Part shown: positions 58,951 to 64,000 of the stretch, in pieces | How the letters are laid out: every line of letters begins with the position of its first letter | Numbering within the stretch: the first letter of the stretch is position 1 | IMG/VR virus record: IMGVR_UViG_3300021256_000084 | Span: 1-64,000 of that record | Reading direction: 5' to 3' (one strand) | Source of the DNA: a virus | Lineage: Duplodnaviria; Caudoviricetes | Length of the DNA stretch: 64,000 nucleotides | The notes under the pieces: model-generated | Told to the model about the DNA's origin: nothing | Seen by the model: the letters and a program-made list of their open reading frames with translations, nothing else | The model's database searches: none | Program-made: the position numbers and the translations under genes

Positions 58951-60123
58951 ATGAGTAACAATATTAACTACACAATTCCTGCACACAGCAAGGACGAGTT
59001 TTTGAAGCTCGTAAGCAAGGCAAGCAAGAATATTACGGGCTTGCAGTGGACGGTAGGCGAAACGCGCAATCAAACATTCCGGCACTACTTTGACGGCGAA
59101 ATCGTTAAGATGTCACACAGCGTTTGCGACGTAACGATTGAGCTGCCCGAAGTAAACGATTGGGTGCTTCTTGCAACAGTTGTTGACGGTGCAATGTTCA
59201 TAACAGACCACAAGCAGCAGCTTGTACTTAAGAACGGACACGGTGCGGACTACAAGCTTTGCGACGTGTGCAAGCATAGGCAGTGGAAGAAAAGCTATAT
59301 CGTGCGCAACAGCAAGACAAACGAGGAACTGCAAGTAGGCGCAGAGTGCGCTAAGAAGTTCGGCATTGGCATGATGCACGCTATTTACCTGCTGACAAAG
59401 GAACTGTACCAAAGCTATTCGCTGTATTCCTGCGAGTACGACGGCTTAGAGCCTGTTGAATGGCCAGCGCACATCAGCGACCCGCACGCAGTCAAAAGCG
59501 TTGAAACGTCCATCCTTGTGCAAGCTGCAAAGCACTACTACGACGAGCACAACGGCGTATGGAAGAAGGGCTACTACGTTGACCGCTTCTACTACCCAAG
59601 CGAAAGTGCTGCTGATATACGCGCAAGCCTTGACAAGTTTACAGCAGACGCAGACAACGCTTACTACAAGGAGCTTGCTGCTTGGCTGTGCAACACGTTT
59701 GAAGCTGACGCTTACAGCGAGTTCGACGAGAAGATAAAGTGCGTTGGCACTGACTACTACATGTCCGCAGGTGACACGGCAGCAGCATTCTTTGCAATCA
59801 AGAAGTACGAGCAGTACAAGCGCGAGCAGGCCGCTAAAGCAGCTGGAAAGTATTTGCCCAAAGCTGGCGATTACATTCATATCGTTGGAAAAATCATCAG
59901 CTCGGAAACAAAGAGCGGCTACTATGGAGTTTTTGTTGAGTACGAAATCCTTAACTCGCTGGACGGCAATACGTACAAGCGTAGCGGAGCTGTTAAGGCA
60001 GACAAGGACAACAACGTTGACTGCTATGCTTTTATCCGCGACGTTTGGAAGGGCTGCAACGTGCTCGACCGTACTACACAGCACGCTAAGAAAGGGGTGA
60101 CAATAGCAAATGTTTTACAATAA
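58951..60123 (+). CDS. Hypothetical protein with Zn-ribbon
   Basis: CDVCKH...LQVGAECAK; 390 aa. Confidence 0.75.
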   Translation: MSNNINYTIPAHSKDEFLKLVSKASKNITGLQWTVGETRNQTFRHYFDGEIVKMSHSVCDVTIELPEVNDWVLLATVVDGAMFITDHKQQLVLKNGHGADYKLCDVCKHRQWKKSYIVRNSKTNEELQVGAECAKKFGIGMMHAIYLLTKELYQSYSLYSCEYDGLEPVEWPAHISDPHAVKSVETSILVQAAKHYYDEHNGVWKKGYYVDRFYYPSESAADIRASLDKFTADADNAYYKELAAWLCNTFEADAYSEFDEKIKCVGTDYYMSAGDTAAAFFAIKKYEQYKREQAAKAAGKYLPKAGDYIHIVGKIISSETKSGYYGVFVEYEILNSLDGNTYKRSGAVKADKDNNVDCYAFIRDVWKGCNVLDRTTQHAKKGVTIANVLQ

Positions 60124-60137
60124 AAAAAGACACGACA

Positions 60138-60779
60138 ATGGCAACGACAATTCGACTTCAAGAAGGCTTTTTTAGCTTTGCACAGAACGGAAATATCCAG
60201 TGCGGGACAACAGTAGCAGGCACTTGGCAAAAGCGCGACATCTGGGCAGAAAACGGCAGCATGCACGATAAAAGCGGCAACAAGATTGTTCACTACTTAT
60301 GGGTTGCCAAACTTGCTGACGGCAGCGAAGTAATTGAGTATTCACGCAGCGAGCTACGCAACGCGCTCAACGGACGCAAAGTAACAATAACCACGAGCAA
60401 TAACAACAGTACGACAATGAAGAAAGACAAAGTTTACCAAATTGCATACGAGTACGCGCAGAACGAGTGCTTGGATATGCAGGACGAAAAGCTGGGCTTC
60501 GCAAACGAGCAGATTGCGGAGCTGGTACAGACGCTTGTTAGCAAGCTGTATGCGTGCAACTGCAAGGCACAGCAGGCAGTAGAAGTCGAGTATGGGCAAT
60601 ACACCATCAAAGTACGAAACGCACGGCAAAACAGCTTTGTAAGCGTTTCTACGGGCGACTGTACGGGCGTTGCCCATTCCCTGGCATACATCACAATGAC
60701 TACGCGCCCGATTACGCAGGGCGAAGTGAAGGAGCTGGTGAATATGATTAACGAAGCTTGGTATCACGTAAACAACTAA
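60138..60779 (+). CDS. Hypothetical protein, probably two genes fused in frame (second start 60417)
   Basis: Internal ACGACAATG in frame; linker TITTSNNNSTT reads like intergenic DNA. Confidence 0.6.
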   Translation: MATTIRLQEGFFSFAQNGNIQCGTTVAGTWQKRDIWAENGSMHDKSGNKIVHYLWVAKLADGSEVIEYSRSELRNALNGRKVTITTSNNNSTTMKKDKVYQIAYEYAQNECLDMQDEKLGFANEQIAELVQTLVSKLYACNCKAQQAVEVEYGQYTIKVRNARQNSFVSVSTGDCTGVAHSLAYITMTTRPITQGEVKELVNMINEAWYHVNN

Positions 60780-60794
60780 AAAAACAGTACGACA

Positions 60795-62345
60795 ATGAAT
60801 TTATTTACAAGCAATCCCGACTTCTACCCTACGCCCGAAAACGTCATTGAAAAAATGATGTTGGGTGAAAACGTCGCAGGCAAGACGGTGTTAGAGCCGT
60901 CTGCCGGAAGCGGCAACATAGTGCGCTGGCTGCACAGCAACGGAGCTGCACAGGTGCTTGCGTGCGAAAATGACCCGCACTGCCGCAAGCTGCTGGCAGG
61001 CGAGCAGCTTATTGCAGAGGACTTCCTTACAGTAACGCCCGACATGGTAAGCCACGTGCAGTACATTGTAATGAACCCACCTTTTAGCCACGGTGCAGAG
61101 CATATCCTGCACGCTTGGAACATTGCGCCCGCTGGCTGCACTGTCATTGCGCTGTGCAATACAAGCAACCTGCGCAACGAGTACTACAACACAAAGCACT
61201 TGCAGTTGAGCGAGACAGTGCAGTTGAACGGCAGCAGCGAGGACTTGGGCAGCGCGTTTGACAACGCAGAGCGTCGCACAAACGTAAGAGTGTCGCTTGT
61301 CAAACTGTACAAGCAGGGCAGCGGCGAAAGCGAGTTTGACGGCTACTTCTTTTCCGCTGTTGACGAGGACGCTGCAAGCGAAAAGGAAGGGCTTGTGTCC
61401 TACAACTTCGTGCGTGACATCGTAGGTCGTTACGTGCAGGCTGTAAAGCTGTTTGACGGTGCTATGCAGGCAGCGAAAGCTATCAACGAAGCAGCGGACT
61501 TTTTCGATTACACTACTGTAACGGACGAAAAGACAGGCGAGCAGAAGCAGATAAAGAACACCTACGGCAGCTTGCCCGTCACGTTTGGAGCAATACTGTG
61601 CAAGTCGGACGATGATGTACGCGGAGATAACGGCACAAAGATAACGCACGAGCAGTACAAGAAGTATCTGCAAAAGCACTATTGGCGCATCATCTTCAAG
61701 AAGCTTAATATGGAGCGTTACGCTACGAAGCAACTGCGTGAAAACATCAACAAATTTGTGGAGCAGCAGACCAACGTGCCTTTCACTATGGGCAATATCT
61801 ACCGCGTGCTGGATATTGTCGTACAGACAAACGGACAGCGTATGCTCAACGCGCTTGTGGAAGCTTTCGACACGATATGTAGCTTGTCAGCTGAAAACAG
61901 CACTGCACGCGAAACGTGGAAAACGAATGCAAACTACATGGTAAACAAGCGTTTCATCTGCGACTGGATAACTACCCTAAGCAGCTGGGGCGGCAAGATG
62001 GAAGTGCGCGAGTGGAGCAGCTATAACGACAACGCGACAAAGATTAACGACGTGTGCAAAGCACTGTGCTACATGACCGGGCGTAATTGGGAGGAAATAG
62101 GCACGCTGGGCGAGTACGTGCGTAAGAACGATCCAGCTTGGGGCACTTGGTTTGAATGGGGATTTTTCCGCTGCAAGGGCTTCAAGAAAGGCACGATGCA
62201 CTTTGAATTTTTGGACGAGGACGTTTGGTTTAAGTTCAACTATACCGTTGCACAGCGCAAGGGCTGGAACTTGCCCAAGAAAACGCAGACGGAGCGCAAG
62301 CCGCGCACAAAAAAGCAGGAAGCAAAGGAAACATCATTATTTTAA
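60795..62345 (+). CDS. Amino (N6-adenine type) DNA methyltransferase with DUF4942-like C-terminus
   Basis: DFYPTP, LEPSAGSGNI and VMNPPF motifs; C-terminal FFRCKGFKKGTMHFEF. Confidence 0.85.
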   Translation: MNLFTSNPDFYPTPENVIEKMMLGENVAGKTVLEPSAGSGNIVRWLHSNGAAQVLACENDPHCRKLLAGEQLIAEDFLTVTPDMVSHVQYIVMNPPFSHGAEHILHAWNIAPAGCTVIALCNTSNLRNEYYNTKHLQLSETVQLNGSSEDLGSAFDNAERRTNVRVSLVKLYKQGSGESEFDGYFFSAVDEDAASEKEGLVSYNFVRDIVGRYVQAVKLFDGAMQAAKAINEAADFFDYTTVTDEKTGEQKQIKNTYGSLPVTFGAILCKSDDDVRGDNGTKITHEQYKKYLQKHYWRIIFKKLNMERYATKQLRENINKFVEQQTNVPFTMGNIYRVLDIVVQTNGQRMLNALVEAFDTICSLSAENSTARETWKTNANYMVNKRFICDWITTLSSWGGKMEVREWSSYNDNATKINDVCKALCYMTGRNWEEIGTLGEYVRKNDPAWGTWFEWGFFRCKGFKKGTMHFEFLDEDVWFKFNYTVAQRKGWNLPKKTQTERKPRTKKQEAKETSLF

Positions 62346-62363
62346 CTCATAACGAAAAGCATT

Positions 62364-62969
62364 ATGAAAGAAGTAACATTACAAGTACCCGACGGAAAGA
62401 AAGTCGAGTGGAGAGAAGTAAACGGCGTAACTGTACCCGTGCTTGTTGACGAACAGCAGCAGGACAACCGCCCCGTAACAGAACGCATAAAGACGTTTGA
62501 GGATGCGTACTACGCACTTGACAGCGAACACCCATTGAGAAAGGAGTGGGATGCACTCGCAGAAGCAATACGTCAGTCCGTCGGCATTGGCAAGGACATC
62601 GTAGCGTTCCTGCAACTGCGTATTATTGCAGCAGCACTTAACGAGGGGTGGGTGCCGCAGTTTACTAACGACGAGTATCGCTATTATCCGTACTTTGTGC
62701 TGTACACGCAGCAGGAAGTGGACGATATGGACGAAGAGGACAAGAAAGAGCTGTGGATGTTCGGCGGCCGCTCGAACTCCGGTGCGGATTGCGGTCTCGC
62801 TTATGCGTACTCGGACGGCGCTTGGTCGCGCTCGGACGCGGCCTGCTCGGCTCGCCTTGCTGTGAAAAGTTCGGAACTTGCAAAGTATTTTGGAAAGCAA
62901 TTCATTGGCATTTGGGCTAACTACGCTTGCCCTCCTGCTTTTGATTGCGCCAGCCCCAAAAAAGCGTGA
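62364..62969 (+). CDS. Protein with C-terminal DGR variable-region signature
   Basis: ERIKTFEDA, ALNEGW.P, YYPYF, then FGGRSNSGADCGLAYAYSDGAWSRSDAACSARL. Confidence 0.75.
   Translation: MKEVTLQVPDGKKVEWREVNGVTVPVLVDEQQQDNRPVTERIKTFEDAYYALDSEHPLRKEWDALAEAIRQSVGIGKDIVAFLQLRIIAAALNEGWVPQFTNDEYRYYPYFVLYTQQEVDDMDEEDKKELWMFGGRSNSGADCGLAYAYSDGAWSRSDAACSARLAVKSSELAKYFGKQFIGIWANYACPPAFDCASPKKA
62751..62861 (+). other. Putative DGR variable region (VR)
   Basis: Fixed TCG/GCG/GGT/TGC codons alternate with NNC/NNT codons, as expected from A-to-N mutagenesis of AAC/AAT codons. Confidence 0.65.
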
Positions 62970-63022
62970 ACGTCAACGTTGGGTGCGCTCGCAAGAGCGC
63001 ACTCGCACATAAAAAAATAACT

Positions 63023-64000
63023 ATGAGCAAGAATGAACTTGAAAAGCAGTATAGCAAGCTGCTGAAAGAGATTGAGACAATGCGAATGTACGACGGCAGG
63101 AACAAAGGCGTTGACGTGTATGTTTGCGACAAATGCGGTAAGACTATCTACACGCGATACAAGGACAAGGGCGTTACGCCTTTCACTATTGCGTGCCGGG
63201 ATAATGAATGCAAGGGTACAATGATGCACAACCGCGCCATTTCTGAAATGGACGCTATGCTTAACAAGCTGACTGTGCATAACTGGGTACGCCCTACGTT
63301 GCAGTGGCTTGACAAGCAGCGTCAAAAAGGTAAAGCGGGGCTTGTTGAGCATGTTTTGAATGGCGGTTTGGTTTTGGAAAGCGAGCTGTGATATGGAAAT
63401 AACACCGAAATTCAAATTTGTTGAGGGCAGCTTTGATACAAAGACAAACAAGATGCTTTGTATTGCCAGCGACAATCACGGCACTGTAGAACTGTGCTTT
63501 AAGGAAGAAGGCTGTGGGTGGAATATCCCGTTTGCGAAGATTGAACTGTTCGACAGCGGCTTATACAAGGACTTCAAGGCTACAATGAGTGATGCAAAAG
63601 CGTTGGGCGACGAGATTGCAAGACGCTGGAACGAGTGTAACGATAAAAAGTAACGACATGGAAGCAATAACTATTACGCAGGAACAAAGCGGCTGGAAAG
63701 TGCAGCAGGGCGACAAGTATGCGGACGGATTGTGCTACGATGAAATGATGGGCGTTGTTTCTGCGCTGACAATGCCGAAGCAGCGACCTTGCTTGTCGTG
63801 GATGCGCACAAAGGAGCAGCACGAAGCTTGGGAACGCACAATGAAAGAAGCGATTGACAAACGCAGCAGCGCACATAAAAAAAATGACTATGCTTAAACC
63901 AGGTAAAAGACAACTGAAAGACATCACCGACCAAGAGCTTCAGGTGATAGTAGAAATGAGCCATCACTACGGCTGCAAGGACTTCTGGGGCAACCCAGTC
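63023..64000 (+). CDS. Hypothetical genes (63023-63391, 63393-63653, 63658-63897, and partial 63884-64000)
   Basis: ORF track with starts adjusted; the last runs off the window. Confidence 0.6.

Noticed and set aside
1-64000. Apparent scarcity of GGCC, CCGG and GATC, and abundance of CTTAAG
   Set aside because: Impression only; needs Markov-corrected k-mer counts, and may reflect codon pairs such as CTT-AAG
1-64000. DGR reverse transcriptase and template repeat; lysis genes; CRISPR array
   Set aside because: None recognised in this window; RT, TR and lysis genes may lie in the rest of the genome

Overview
The whole 64 kb window is the genome of one temperate, long-tailed (siphovirus-type) phage of a Bacteroidales host. 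Host assignment rests on TAnnTTTG promoters, no Shine-Dalgarno sites, a Bacteroidales-type tyrosine integrase and a lipoprotein signal. An attP-like tRNA-Ser 3' half sits between the repressor and integrase with phage genes on both sides, so this looks like the excised form. Layout: tail and head genes on the minus strand (1-14.7 kb); a plus-strand block of accessory genes in repeated promoter/leader cassettes (15.8-33.8 kb) that includes an ADP-ribosylglycohydrolase; a MuF minor head protein with a C-terminal ADP-ribosyltransferase, portal, intein-containing TerL, TerS and a 7-deazaguanine DNA-modification operon (33.8-45 kb, minus); integrase, attP and repressor (45.7-47.9 kb); and plus-strand replication, recombination and accessory genes, including an adenine methyltransferase and a gene with a DGR variable-region signature (48-64 kb). 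Best candidate for a new system: a head-associated ExE-type ART encoded convergently with an intact DraG-type ADP-ribosylhydrolase (writer/eraser pair). All family calls come from motif recognition by eye; no database searches were run.
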